A stretch of 64,000 nt of DNA from Bdellovibrionales bacterium (GTDB lineage Bacteria > Pseudomonadota > Alphaproteobacteria > JAIXQD01): positions 746-64,745 of the forward strand of contig JBFWRI010000009.1 of NCBI GenBank assembly GCA_050248995.1, in the 5' to 3' direction. Positions 10,023 through 19,231 of this stretch are shown piece by piece; the stretch's first letter is position 1; every line of letters begins with the position of its first letter. The position numbers and the translations under genes are program-made. Below the pieces are notes generated by a model, which was not told where the DNA came from, searched no databases, and saw only the letters and a list, made by a program, of their open reading frames with translations.

Positions 10023-10370
10023 TTACGAGCAGAAGCCCAGAGCTTCGAACTTCCGGCGATAAGGCGCGTGATCCTTATGGTGATCGCTTGCCAGCGACAG
10101 GCCCGCCATGTAGGCATCATGCAGCGTCATATCTTCTGGTTTCGCATCAGGAGCATTCACGCGCTTGATAGCGCGATCTTCGCTTGTCCCATCCCAAACG
10201 CTGCATTGAATCTTAAAGCCGGTTAGGCCCATATAGCCAAGTGTCCCAAGCAAACTCCAACCACCAGTAGGAATTGCGGCGGCAAGACCAACCAGAACCG
10301 ATGTTGTCAACGGACGGCGACCGGCGATATACGCACAGTGAAGCGCAAGTTGTCGGGGAGCAGTTTGCAT
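10023..10370 (-). CDS. hypothetical small membrane protein
   Basis: 115-aa ORF with a hydrophobic Gly-rich segment. No recognisable motif. Confidence 0.3.
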   Translation of the reverse strand: MQTAPRQLALHCAYIAGRRPLTTSVLVGLAAAIPTGGWSLLGTLGYMGLTGFKIQCSVWDGTSEDRAIKRVNAPDAKPEDMTLHDAYMAGLSLASDHHKDHAPYRRKFEALGFCS

Positions 10371-10439
10371 CTCAATATCTCTCGTTTCTATCTGAGGCCA
10401 GTTTATCCCGTAGCGGTGAAAGTAAAAAACGCAGGAATA

Positions 10440-11099
10440 TTAGGCTGCCTTTAGCTGCTGTAGTACCTTTTTGGCCTCACGTTCGCGCCGCCACACCGAC
10501 GGGTGCGTACGCGATCCCATAAAGTGAAAACGACGGTGTTTCTTGATGGCACGGATAATACCGTCATGCCCGCAACTCCTGATCGAGAACGCATCAGCTG
10601 CCAGTTCACGTGGATGATTTTTGGGTCCGCATTCAATCCATGCAATGCGTGGTGTCAACCACCGCGCACCCCACTCGATAGCGCCCAGCAAGGCCGTGGC
10701 GCCCGCCAACGACAGCCACACAGGGTCACTTGGAATGATTGGTGAAATGGCAAACGCTACCGGGAAAAGCCCGGCCACGAATACGCAGCGTGCAACAATG
10801 CGACGCTGCCGGTTATAACTTCCGTGATCGCCTTCTTTAACATGGCAAAGTTCATGCGCCAGCAAGCCCTCAACCTCTTCATCATTTAGCTTTAGCCGAC
10901 CCACCTTTTGCAGGTTCAAACTTACCTTCCATGGACATCTATCATCCTCGGGTGGTGTTGCATGGGCAATCGACCAGTGCTCGAACCTGTCGCGCGGCTC
11001 AGGGTATAACTCGAGCGCAGCCTGAACTCCTTCGCGCGCCTTTATGGCGCGAAAGATTTCTCTTATCCGTTTGCGTGAAATTGTCGCTGTAGTGGTCAT
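10440..11099 (-). CDS. membrane-bound M48-family zinc metalloprotease
   Basis: HExxH (AHELCHVKEGDH), downstream hydrophobic helices, and ELAADAF (the ExxAD third-ligand region typical of M48). Confidence 0.6.
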   Translation of the reverse strand: MTTTATISRKRIREIFRAIKAREGVQAALELYPEPRDRFEHWSIAHATPPEDDRCPWKVSLNLQKVGRLKLNDEEVEGLLAHELCHVKEGDHGSYNRQRRIVARCVFVAGLFPVAFAISPIIPSDPVWLSLAGATALLGAIEWGARWLTPRIAWIECGPKNHPRELAADAFSIRSCGHDGIIRAIKKHRRFHFMGSRTHPSVWRREREAKKVLQQLKAA

Positions 11100-11108
11100 C
11101 AGTAACCC

Positions 11109-11684
11109 TTAGCCGTTGATAAGGCCAAGATGCCTGATGCGCAAGCTGGTTGAAGGGTGGCGCGCAAGATAAACGCGGTTAAGACGTGCATTCGATAACA
11201 ACGATACCAAACCCGGACGCTGCCCCAGTTTTGCTGCAAAAGCGTCAGCAGCAAACACACGGCCATATTCCCATAAAGCTCGCGATTCCTCGTAATCAGT
11301 CGTTTCTGCCTTAGCGCGCTCATCCAGCGCACGCACCAAATCTTCACCGCACAACTTCTTATCTGTAATCAGTTCATGCGCCACATTTTCGGCAGCTGTA
11401 TAAGAGCTGACGCGCTTAACGGGCTTCGCGAGCATATCTATGAGATTTTTTTGAAAATGACTGAGACGACCAAGTTTATATGCTAACAGCCCTTGCAACT
11501 GCGCACCGTCCAGCTTCGCGGCATACTCCGGACTAACGCAAACGCTCAACCGACTGGTCATTTTATCCAACAAATTGGCAAAAATGACTTCAGGAGAATT
11601 CATCTCGCCAAACACCAGTCCGGCCTTCACGCCAGCACGGGCACGTAAGTCTTCAAATGAGCGGCGAATGTCTTGTTTTTGCAT
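11109..11684 (-). CDS. soluble M48-like protein with degenerate zinc-binding motifs (probable pseudo-peptidase); start taken at the internal Met (MQKQDIRR)
   Basis: The HExxH positions are degenerate (AYKLGRLSH, AHELIT). It keeps FAADAF and the M48 C-terminal HPSTSLRIRHL motif. The shorter start removes the overlap with the upstream gene. Confidence 0.45.
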   Translation of the reverse strand: MQKQDIRRSFEDLRARAGVKAGLVFGEMNSPEVIFANLLDKMTSRLSVCVSPEYAAKLDGAQLQGLLAYKLGRLSHFQKNLIDMLAKPVKRVSSYTAAENVAHELITDKKLCGEDLVRALDERAKAETTDYEESRALWEYGRVFAADAFAAKLGQRPGLVSLLSNARLNRVYLARHPSTSLRIRHLGLING

Positions 11685-11778
11685 GGTGTTATATCTCGTG
11701 GGTATAGCAATTATTATAAACCCAAAGCGGGGCACCCTGTCGAGAGTTTTTAGGGTGCGGAAACCCAGCCAAAAGGCC

Positions 11779-12651
11779 CTATTCCGCAGCCAATTTCTGG
11801 TCATCCTGTACGCTGGCCACCAGCTTCAGGGCCGTATCCCGCAGGGCCTTCTGCAACCGGACGACGCCGGCATTATTCAGTGTCATTGAGAATTCGTCCA
11901 TATACAGCGCCCGGTTGAACTCGATCTGGATCGCGTGCGCATTCTCGCGCAGCACGCCATGGCGGCGCACAATCTCGCCACCCTTATAATTTTTGTTCAC
12001 GCCGACAGCCAGGCCGGCCTGCGTCATTAGCTGCGCCAGATAGTTTGTATAATCCGAAGCAGCCGTTTGCCCATCGCGGTCACCCAGCACCACATCATAC
12101 GCTTTGCCCTGCGCATTCTTCGGCGCGCTGGCCGACGGCATCGAATGCACGTTCAGCAGAAGGCACTGCCCGAAACGGCCCAGCAGTGTGGCCCGCTGGT
12201 TGGCCAGTGTTTCGTGGTACGGCATATAAGCATTGCGGATGCGCTGCTGCACCACCGCCACCGAAAGGCGTTCACGGTAAATGGCATGGCCCGGCTTCAC
12301 TTCGCGGTGGATCAGGCCGATACCCGCCTGTGTATACGGCGTTGGCTTTGTCAGCCATGGCCACGACTCATACAGCATCGACTGGTCCAGATCGGTCAGC
12401 GCGCGGTTTACGTCGATATACGTGCGCGGATAATTGGCACACACAACCGTGGCGCCGATATCCGGCAGCAACGTTAGCAGTTCATCCACGTGAAAATCTT
12501 CCGCCCCGCGCAACTGCTGCGGCGTACAGGCGGTAATAAAGTCGGCAGGATACATACGGCCGCTGTGCGGGCTGTCAACCAGCAGTGGCAGCGCGGCCTG
12601 CAGCGTCGGGTGGTGAATGGTGACCGCGTTTGCGGCTGTAAGCGTGATCAT
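11779..12651 (-). CDS. N-formylglutamate amidohydrolase family protein
   Basis: 290 aa with the N-terminal DSPHSG motif and overall FGase-like architecture. Confidence 0.55.
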   Translation of the reverse strand: MITLTAANAVTIHHPTLQAALPLLVDSPHSGRMYPADFITACTPQQLRGAEDFHVDELLTLLPDIGATVVCANYPRTYIDVNRALTDLDQSMLYESWPWLTKPTPYTQAGIGLIHREVKPGHAIYRERLSVAVVQQRIRNAYMPYHETLANQRATLLGRFGQCLLLNVHSMPSASAPKNAQGKAYDVVLGDRDGQTAASDYTNYLAQLMTQAGLAVGVNKNYKGGEIVRRHGVLRENAHAIQIEFNRALYMDEFSMTLNNAGVVRLQKALRDTALKLVASVQDDQKLAAE

Positions 12652-12905
12652 AGGGCCTACTTAACAAGCCAAATGTGGCGTTGGCTGGACGATTCCTTTG
12701 TACCAGCACCGTGGCGCTATATCAAGGAAACATCACATACTTTCCATATTTTAAACATAATGTTCCGCCACCGTGAGCACGCTGAACTTGGCAGAGGCGA
12801 TCTGTACGATCTCCCCAATCGCGTATTTCCCCCTCTATACGCTTGTGGTCGCCTCGGCTAAGTTCAGCGCACATTTACAACACCCCGTCTGACAGGAGAA
12901 TCCCC

Positions 12906-13199
12906 ATGAAAAAACTTATGCTTCTCGCTGCTGTGCCCGCCCTTGTATTGGGTTTGGCCGCCTGCGATGACCAAAGCGCAACCGAAGACACAGCCGCTGC
13001 CGATGCTGCCGCTGAAATGGCCGCGCCGGCGCCTGTTCCACCGCCCGTTGTTCCAGCCACCCCGCCAGCTGACGCCGGCACACCTGTTGACAGCATGCCC
13101 ATGAATACAGAAGGCACGAACCCGGCATCACCGACTGAAGCTCCCGCGGCTGAAATGCCAGCTCCGGCGACTGAAACTCCGCCGCCACCGGCTGAATAA
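12906..13199 (+). CDS. Pro/Ala-rich lipoprotein
   Basis: MKKLMLLAAVPALVLGLAAC lipobox. The mature part is Pro/Ala/Thr-rich and low-complexity. A hairpin with a T-run follows it. Confidence 0.55.
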   Translation: MKKLMLLAAVPALVLGLAACDDQSATEDTAAADAAAEMAAPAPVPPPVVPATPPADAGTPVDSMPMNTEGTNPASPTEAPAAEMPAPATETPPPPAE

Positions 13200-13220
13200 C
13201 TTTCAGGGAAACGAATACAA

Positions 13221-13260
13221 AAGGCCGCCCCGGATATTCTCCGCAGGCGGCCTTTTATTT
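13221..13260 (+). terminator. putative rho-independent terminator (AAGGCCGCC...GGCGGCCTT followed by TTTATTTT)
   Basis: GC-rich inverted repeat followed by a T-run, 22 nt after the lipoprotein stop. Confidence 0.45.
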
Positions 13261-13273
13261 TGCATTATGTGTC

Positions 13274-13453
13274 TTACCTTGTTCCGCCCGGACCACCTTT
13301 TTCGGGCGCACGCCTGAACATCGCCATTGTTTGTGCGCCCACGCGTTCACGGATAGCGGTCAATTCGGGAGGACGCATTGATTTTATAGAGACAAAGCTA
13401 CCTGGCGCCGGCCTACGGCTGTCTTTCTGCTTGGGATCTTGGGCATCTGCCAT
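13274..13453 (-). CDS. small ORF (59 aa: MADAQDPKQKDSRRPAPGSFVSIKSMRPPELTAIRERVGAQTMAMFRRAPEKGGPGGTR), absent from the ORF track because it is under 60 aa
   Basis: Good Shine-Dalgarno GAGGAAAG about 7 nt upstream of the ATG. It lies in an otherwise empty 386-bp intergenic region. An antisense 72-aa + ORF is the alternative reading. Confidence 0.3.
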   Translation of the reverse strand: MADAQDPKQKDSRRPAPGSFVSIKSMRPPELTAIRERVGAQTMAMFRRAPEKGGPGGTR

Positions 13454-13586
13454 ATCGCTTTCCTCATATAAAGCTTAAGCCCAATTCTTAACTGAATGTT
13501 TAATGCTACGGACAGTAAACATGCCCTGATTTCAAGCAGATACCCGCCCACCAAGCTCATCTCACATGCTGATTTCTATGATTTGT

Positions 13587-13982
13587 CTAAATCAGCTTCG
13601 AGCGAGGGTTCGCTATAGTTCGCACGAATGCGCCGGCAAACTCCTGCGTGCGAACCGGCTTGCCATGGGCATACGGATGGTCTGAAACAACATCGACCTG
13701 CGGAAACATGGAGCGCTCACCCCGCAACGCGGCACGCAGGCGCAGAAGACCGGCTTGATAAAGTTTTGCCGCAGGCCCGCCCCGAGCTATCGCATCTTCC
13801 AGATCGGCTTCGGACATCATACGCAATTTATAAGGACCATCTGTCAGGCCCGTAATGCCCGCAGGAATAACAACCGCACGCACATAGCGCGTGCCGCCGT
13901 CATCTTCCATACCTACAACAGTATCGCAGCTGAAATCGTCTGAAGAATAAACATCATCGTCTAAAGCATTTTTCTTTGCCAT
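13587..13982 (-). CDS. hypothetical protein (start taken at MAKKNALDDD to avoid overlap with parE)
   Basis: ORF with genome-typical codon usage and no recognisable motif. Confidence 0.4.
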   Translation of the reverse strand: MAKKNALDDDVYSSDDFSCDTVVGMEDDGGTRYVRAVVIPAGITGLTDGPYKLRMMSEADLEDAIARGGPAAKLYQAGLLRLRAALRGERSMFPQVDVVSDHPYAHGKPVRTQEFAGAFVRTIANPRSKLI

Positions 13983-14110
13983 GCCGACTGACCCTGATAT
14001 GAACAAATGCGGTGCATTTCTTCTTATTAAGCCCATGCTAAGCGCAGAACCCGCAAGTAATTCAACAAAAATGCCGATCTTGTTGCCATAACGCACAGAA
14101 GTGTTAAGAC

Positions 14111-16144
14111 ATGGGTATGAAAGACCTGTTCGCAGCCACATCCGTTAAGAAATCCGCCCCCACCGAAAAGGGCGCCGTAAAAGCCGATAAAAGCTCCTAC
14201 TCAGCCGCTGATATCGAAGTTTTAGAGGGTCTTGAACCCGTTCGCCGCCGCCCTGGCATGTATATCGGCGGCACCGACGAGCGCGCTTTGCACCACCTTG
14301 TGGCCGAAGTCCTTGATAACGCCATGGACGAAGCTGTGGCCGGGCATGCCAGCAAGATCACCATTAACCTTGATGCTGAAGGCTACGTCACCATCACCGA
14401 TAACGGTCGCGGTATTCCCATCGACCCGCACCCCAAGTACCCGAAGCAGTCGGCACTGGAAGTCATTCTTACCATGCTGCACTCGGGCGGCAAGTTCTCG
14501 GGCAAGCTGTATAACACAGCTGGCGGTCTGCACGGCGTCGGCGTCAGCGTTGTGAACGCACTGTCCGACCCGTTGTATGTTGAAGTCGCGCGCGACAAGC
14601 AGTTGTATGGCCAGACCTACAGCAAAGGCACCCCGCAGGAAAAGCTGAAGAAGTTGGGACCAACTGCTCGCCGCGGTACATCAGTAAAGTTCAAGCCCGA
14701 CTTGACGATTTTTGGTAAAGATGCGCACTTCAAGCCGGCCGGCATTTACAAGATGGCAAAGGCCAAAGCCTTCCTGCAACGCGGCGTGACGATCGACTGG
14801 AGCTGCCCGCAACAACTGGTTGAAGGCACCGACACACCCGCCAAGGCCACGCTGCACTTCCCCGGCGGTCTGCGCGATTACCTGCAACACAATCTGGGCG
14901 CACGCCCGTTGCTAACCGCCACCGTTTTTGCTGGCCTTGCCGACCTGCCGGGCGGCGCCGGCAAGGTTGAATGGGCAATCGGCTGGCCCGCTGATTACGA
15001 TGAAGGTTTCTGCCATTCGTACGTCAACACCATCCCGACGCCGCAGGGTGGCACGCACGAACAGGGCCTGCGTTCGGCCTTGATGCGCAGCCTGCGTAAC
15101 TTCGCCGACCTGGTGAACAACAAGAAGATCAGCGTCGTCACGGTTGACGATGTGTGGGACGGCGCCTGCATTCTGCTGTCGACATTTGTTCGCGACCCGC
15201 AGTTTCAGGGCCAAACGAAAGACCGCCTGACCAACGTTGATGTCACGCGCCAGGTTGATAACGTCATCAAGGATCACTTCGATCACTGGTTGACATCGGA
15301 TAAGGCCAGCGCCACGCGCCTGCTGGACATGCTGATTTCGCGCGCCGAAGAACGCCAGCGCCACAACGATGCCCGTGAACAGTCGCGCAAAAGCGCCACC
15401 AAGAAACTGCGCCTGCCCGGCAAACTGGCCGATTGCTCGCGCCAGTCAGCCAAGGGCACTGAAATCTTCCTTGTTGAAGGCGACAGCGCCGGCGGCAGTG
15501 CCAAACAGGCACGCAACCGCGAAACGCAGGCCATTCTACCGCTGCGCGGCAAGATCCTGAACGTGGCCAGTGCCAGCGCTGATAAGCTGCGCGAAAATCA
15601 GGAGCTGTCAGACCTTGTGCTAGCGCTGGGTTGTGGCCGCGGCAAAGATTTCAACCGCGACAAGCTGCGCTATGAACGCGTCATTATCATGACCGATGCT
15701 GACGTGGATGGCGCGCACATCGCTGCCCTGCTGATGACGTTCTTCTACCGCGAAATGCCGGCGCTGATTACGGGCGGCCACCTGTTCCTGGCGCAGCCGC
15801 CGCTGTACCGCCTGTCACACGGCAGTACGTCGGTTTATGCGCGCGATGATGCCCACCGCGATGAACTGCTGAAAACAACCTTTAAGGGCAAGACCACGGT
15901 TGAAACCAGCCGTTTCAAGGGCCTTGGCGAAATGATGCCTGCACAGCTGCGCGAAACTACGATGGATGTAACCAAACGCTCACTGCTCAAGGTGCAGGTA
16001 CCGAACCCGCACGATCCCGAAGCTGCCGACCTTGCCAAGGAAACCGCCGAGCTGGTTGACGCGCTGATGGGCAAACGTCCCGAAGCCCGCTTCCAGTTCA
16101 TTCAGGAAAATGCCGCGTTCGCTGCTGAAAATGTTGATGTTTAA
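14111..16144 (+). CDS. parE: DNA topoisomerase IV subunit B
   Basis: 677 aa. GHKL ATPase N-terminus (LHHLVAEVLDNAMDE, ITDNGRGIP) and TOPRIM (EIFLVEGDSAGGSAKQARNR). The length fits ParE rather than the roughly 800-aa GyrB. Confidence 0.85.
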   Translation: MGMKDLFAATSVKKSAPTEKGAVKADKSSYSAADIEVLEGLEPVRRRPGMYIGGTDERALHHLVAEVLDNAMDEAVAGHASKITINLDAEGYVTITDNGRGIPIDPHPKYPKQSALEVILTMLHSGGKFSGKLYNTAGGLHGVGVSVVNALSDPLYVEVARDKQLYGQTYSKGTPQEKLKKLGPTARRGTSVKFKPDLTIFGKDAHFKPAGIYKMAKAKAFLQRGVTIDWSCPQQLVEGTDTPAKATLHFPGGLRDYLQHNLGARPLLTATVFAGLADLPGGAGKVEWAIGWPADYDEGFCHSYVNTIPTPQGGTHEQGLRSALMRSLRNFADLVNNKKISVVTVDDVWDGACILLSTFVRDPQFQGQTKDRLTNVDVTRQVDNVIKDHFDHWLTSDKASATRLLDMLISRAEERQRHNDAREQSRKSATKKLRLPGKLADCSRQSAKGTEIFLVEGDSAGGSAKQARNRETQAILPLRGKILNVASASADKLRENQELSDLVLALGCGRGKDFNRDKLRYERVIIMTDADVDGAHIAALLMTFFYREMPALITGGHLFLAQPPLYRLSHGSTSVYARDDAHRDELLKTTFKGKTTVETSRFKGLGEMMPAQLRETTMDVTKRSLLKVQVPNPHDPEAADLAKETAELVDALMGKRPEARFQFIQENAAFAAENVDV

Positions 16145-16177
16145 CCTTTAATTGCTTTCATGGCGGCCTGCTAGGGT

Positions 16178-16816
16178 GTGCCCATGTCAAACCCGCTTAA
16201 AAAACTTGAACTGCGCAAAGTGCTGCTGGTCGGCGGTATCAGTGATGCCGTACCATTTTCACCACACACGCAACTATCATCCACAGATAGCGAAAGACTT
16301 AGAGTAAGCTGTCTGGACATTCAGGGCTATGGCATACCCATCGACGATACCTACGGACCTGAAGGCTGGCTTGACTACACAATTATCAACATCGACCCCG
16401 AACAAGGTGGGCGCGATTTCCTGAATAGCCCTGAAAGCGAATTAACCTGCGACATCCTGTCAGTTTGCAATATTGCTGGCTTTTATGTGAACGATCATAG
16501 CCACCTCAAGCAACCGCCAAACGGCGCCCCTTATAAAGGCACCTCTATGGATCGTCGTTTGTTCGTAAGCCCGCATCATGATGCCGAACGCTGGCGTAGC
16601 GCTATTCTTAAAACCGGCGCAAAGATTGTGATATTTGAAGGCGATCTAAGTCCTTCTAATATCGGCATGGATCAAACAGGCTATATTCTAATTGGCACCG
16701 GTTTTTCCACCGATATCAGTTATTACTACATCCACCCGGACTACCTGAAAGAAATGGTCCCACACCTGCCCGAAAATTCGTCGCTGCGGGCGATCCCTCA
16801 AAAAGCAAAGCTATGA
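16178..16816 (+). CDS. uncharacterised protein, paralog A of a tandem pair
   Basis: 212 aa. Clearly paralogous to the next ORF (IVIFEGDLSPSNIGMDQTGYILIGTGF...YYYIHPDYLKEMVPHL versus LIAFFGDLQGSDVGMDMSNYIPLEGD...LYIRPDYYAAIRPYL). It appears lower in GC than the flanking genes. Confidence 0.55.
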   Translation: MPMSNPLKKLELRKVLLVGGISDAVPFSPHTQLSSTDSERLRVSCLDIQGYGIPIDDTYGPEGWLDYTIINIDPEQGGRDFLNSPESELTCDILSVCNIAGFYVNDHSHLKQPPNGAPYKGTSMDRRLFVSPHHDAERWRSAILKTGAKIVIFEGDLSPSNIGMDQTGYILIGTGFSTDISYYYIHPDYLKEMVPHLPENSSLRAIPQKAKL

Positions 16817-17358
16817 ATAAGCTGCCCCCACACCTGCAGATCAAAACCGCCATGCTGGTTGGGGCCGAATTCAAGCTGGAACGTGGCATCCCGCAGGCGA
16901 CGTTTGTAGAGCGCGACCTCGAGGCTGTTGATACATCCGTCACGTTCATCGAATTCTATCTGGATTCCCAGATAACGGGCGATCGCAGCGGTAAACCGCC
17001 GCATCAATGCCTGCAGCACACGCAGATTAACCTTGATCATATCCACGGCGGCATCGATTTCCTGAAAATGCAGCGGCCGGAAACACCGCCTGATATCCTG
17101 ATCACCTGTTGTCTACCAAGCGGTCTGTGGGCAAGGGATGTTCCCCTTTGGTATAATAAATTCATCGAAACAAATCCCAAGCTCATCGCCTTCTTTGGCG
17201 ATCTTCAGGGCAGCGATGTCGGCATGGATATGAGCAATTATATCCCGCTGGAAGGCGATAAAGGCAGCGCATTGTATATCCGCCCCGATTACTATGCAGC
17301 CATCCGCCCTTACCTGACATCGCAAGCGCAGTCAGAGCTAGATGAATTCAGCGTTTAA
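16813..17358 (+). CDS. uncharacterised protein, paralog B of a tandem pair
   Basis: 181 aa. ATGA start/stop overlap with paralog A, and 35 bp upstream of the ABC exporter. Confidence 0.55.
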   Translation: MNKLPPHLQIKTAMLVGAEFKLERGIPQATFVERDLEAVDTSVTFIEFYLDSQITGDRSGKPPHQCLQHTQINLDHIHGGIDFLKMQRPETPPDILITCCLPSGLWARDVPLWYNKFIETNPKLIAFFGDLQGSDVGMDMSNYIPLEGDKGSALYIRPDYYAAIRPYLTSQAQSELDEFSV

Positions 17359-17392
17359 CTTTAGGTAACCACCCCTGGCGTATGCTCGCCGC

Positions 17393-19231
17393 ATGATCGC
17401 CTTCTTCCGGGGCCAGCGCCCCTATACAGACGTTACCGAAAGAATCCTGAAGCGGCCCTGCACACCTATCGGCCCTGATTTCTGGGCCTACATCTTCCGC
17501 TTCATACGCGAATTGCAGCCCGCCTTCAGCTTCATGGTGCTGACGGTCATCGCCACCGCCACCATCAGCGTATTCCTGAACTATCCTATTAAAATGGCCA
17601 CCAACGCCCTCATTGCACAGGATACCGGGGCTTTGGCAGCGGCCTGCATTGTTTTTTCCTGCCTTGTTGTCGGGCGCGTGCTGATGGAGCAACTGTCGTC
17701 TGTCTACTCCTACAAGGGCAAGTTCATTCATAATGGCTACCTGAACAGCATGCTGGTGCAGTCGGTGCTGCGCAACCCGATCCGCTTTTTTGAAAATAAC
17801 ACGCAGGGCAAAATCACATCGTCGATCCTCGAGCTTGAGAACCATACGCGCCTGCTCTATTCATTTTACACGTGGCACTTCGCCCCGAACGTCAACTTCG
17901 TTATCGTCTCTGCCTGCCTGATCGCCGCCTCAAACCCGCCATTGGCCGCAGGGTTCTGTATCTGGACGGTTGCCTATCTGTGGATGCACAAGAAACAGTC
18001 GAAATACCTTTATGATACAGCCCTTGCCAGCGGCCGGCAAAGTGCGCTGCGCGATGGTCTGGTCGGCGATATCATCGCCAACTTCCGCAATATCCTTATC
18101 TTTGGCCGCCGCGATTTCGAGCAGTACAACCTTGCTGCCGAAAACTCGCAGCTACTGCACAAGCAGATGCGCTTTCGTGATGCCATCGCCGGGGGCGACC
18201 TGATCGACCAGCTGATGGTGATCGCCGCCTACCTGACCACGTTCATTAGCTGCGCATGGCTGACATATAACGGACGTATGACGATCGGCGACTTTAGCAT
18301 GATCGTTGCACTGGTGATTGGCATGACCACGCGACTGCGCAGCGCCACTGAACGCCTGCGCTACAGCATCGAATCGTACGGTAAGGTGAAGCATGCGCTG
18401 CGCTTCCTGTTCGGCGAACAATCGCAGGTCGCCACCCGCCCGCCGCGCACCAATGTGATGAACGACGCCCAAACCGGCACACCGGCGATGATCGAGTTTT
18501 ACGACGTATCATTCACCTACCCCGGTAACGAAAAACCGGTGCTGCAGAACATCAACCTTACAATCCGGCAGGGCGAGAAGATTGGCCTTGTGGGTGCCAG
18601 CGGCGCCGGCAAATCAACGCTGGTCAATATGATCCTGCGCCTGTACGACGCCGACGGCGGCGCGCTGATTGTCGATGGTGAAGACGTGCAGACCCAAACG
18701 CCCGAAACACTCAGCACAAAGATAGCCTTTATCCCGCAGGATACTGTTTTGTTTCACCGCACCATTCGCGCCAACATTGCCTATGGCCGTCCGAATGCAA
18801 CGGAAGAAGATATCGTCGCCGCCGCCAAGTCCGCGCAGGCGCACAACTTTATCATGGCGATGCCGCAGGGGTACGACACCATGGTGGGCGAGCGCGGCGT
18901 CAAACTGTCGGGCGGCCAACGTCAACGCATTGCCATCGCACGCGCGCTGCTGAAAGACGCGCCCATTCTTATTCTTGATGAAGCCACATCCGCGCTCGAC
19001 AGCGAAGCCGAAGCGCAGATCCAGCAGGCGATTGAACAGGCTATGCAGGGCAAGACCGTGGTGGCAATTGCCCACCGCCTGTCGACCATCGCCACGATGG
19101 ACCGCCTGATTGTCATGGAAAATGGCTATATCGCTGAAATCGGTTCGCACAGCGAACTGATTGCCCAGAACGGTATCTATACGCGCCTCTGGCAGCGCCA
19201 GTCGGGCGGCTTCATCGGCGAAGCCGGCTAG
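17393..19231 (+). CDS. ABC exporter, fused permease/ATPase (MsbA-like half transporter)
   Basis: 612 aa. N-terminal 6-TM domain, Walker A GASGAGKST, signature LSGGQRQR, Walker B ILILDEATSALD. Confidence 0.85.
   Translation: MIAFFRGQRPYTDVTERILKRPCTPIGPDFWAYIFRFIRELQPAFSFMVLTVIATATISVFLNYPIKMATNALIAQDTGALAAACIVFSCLVVGRVLMEQLSSVYSYKGKFIHNGYLNSMLVQSVLRNPIRFFENNTQGKITSSILELENHTRLLYSFYTWHFAPNVNFVIVSACLIAASNPPLAAGFCIWTVAYLWMHKKQSKYLYDTALASGRQSALRDGLVGDIIANFRNILIFGRRDFEQYNLAAENSQLLHKQMRFRDAIAGGDLIDQLMVIAAYLTTFISCAWLTYNGRMTIGDFSMIVALVIGMTTRLRSATERLRYSIESYGKVKHALRFLFGEQSQVATRPPRTNVMNDAQTGTPAMIEFYDVSFTYPGNEKPVLQNINLTIRQGEKIGLVGASGAGKSTLVNMILRLYDADGGALIVDGEDVQTQTPETLSTKIAFIPQDTVLFHRTIRANIAYGRPNATEEDIVAAAKSAQAHNFIMAMPQGYDTMVGERGVKLSGGQRQRIAIARALLKDAPILILDEATSALDSEAEAQIQQAIEQAMQGKTVVAIAHRLSTIATMDRLIVMENGYIAEIGSHSELIAQNGIYTRLWQRQSGGFIGEAG

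Noticed and set aside
16178-17358. Possible minimal-kinase (Brenner HGDxxxxN-like) motif in the tandem paralogs (EGDLSPSNIGMD and FGDLQGSDVGMD)
   Set aside because: The putative metal-binding Asp that should follow is not conserved between the two paralogs. The proteins are too short for a canonical kinase fold, and the Asn is Asp in paralog B. I kept them as uncharacterised paralogs.
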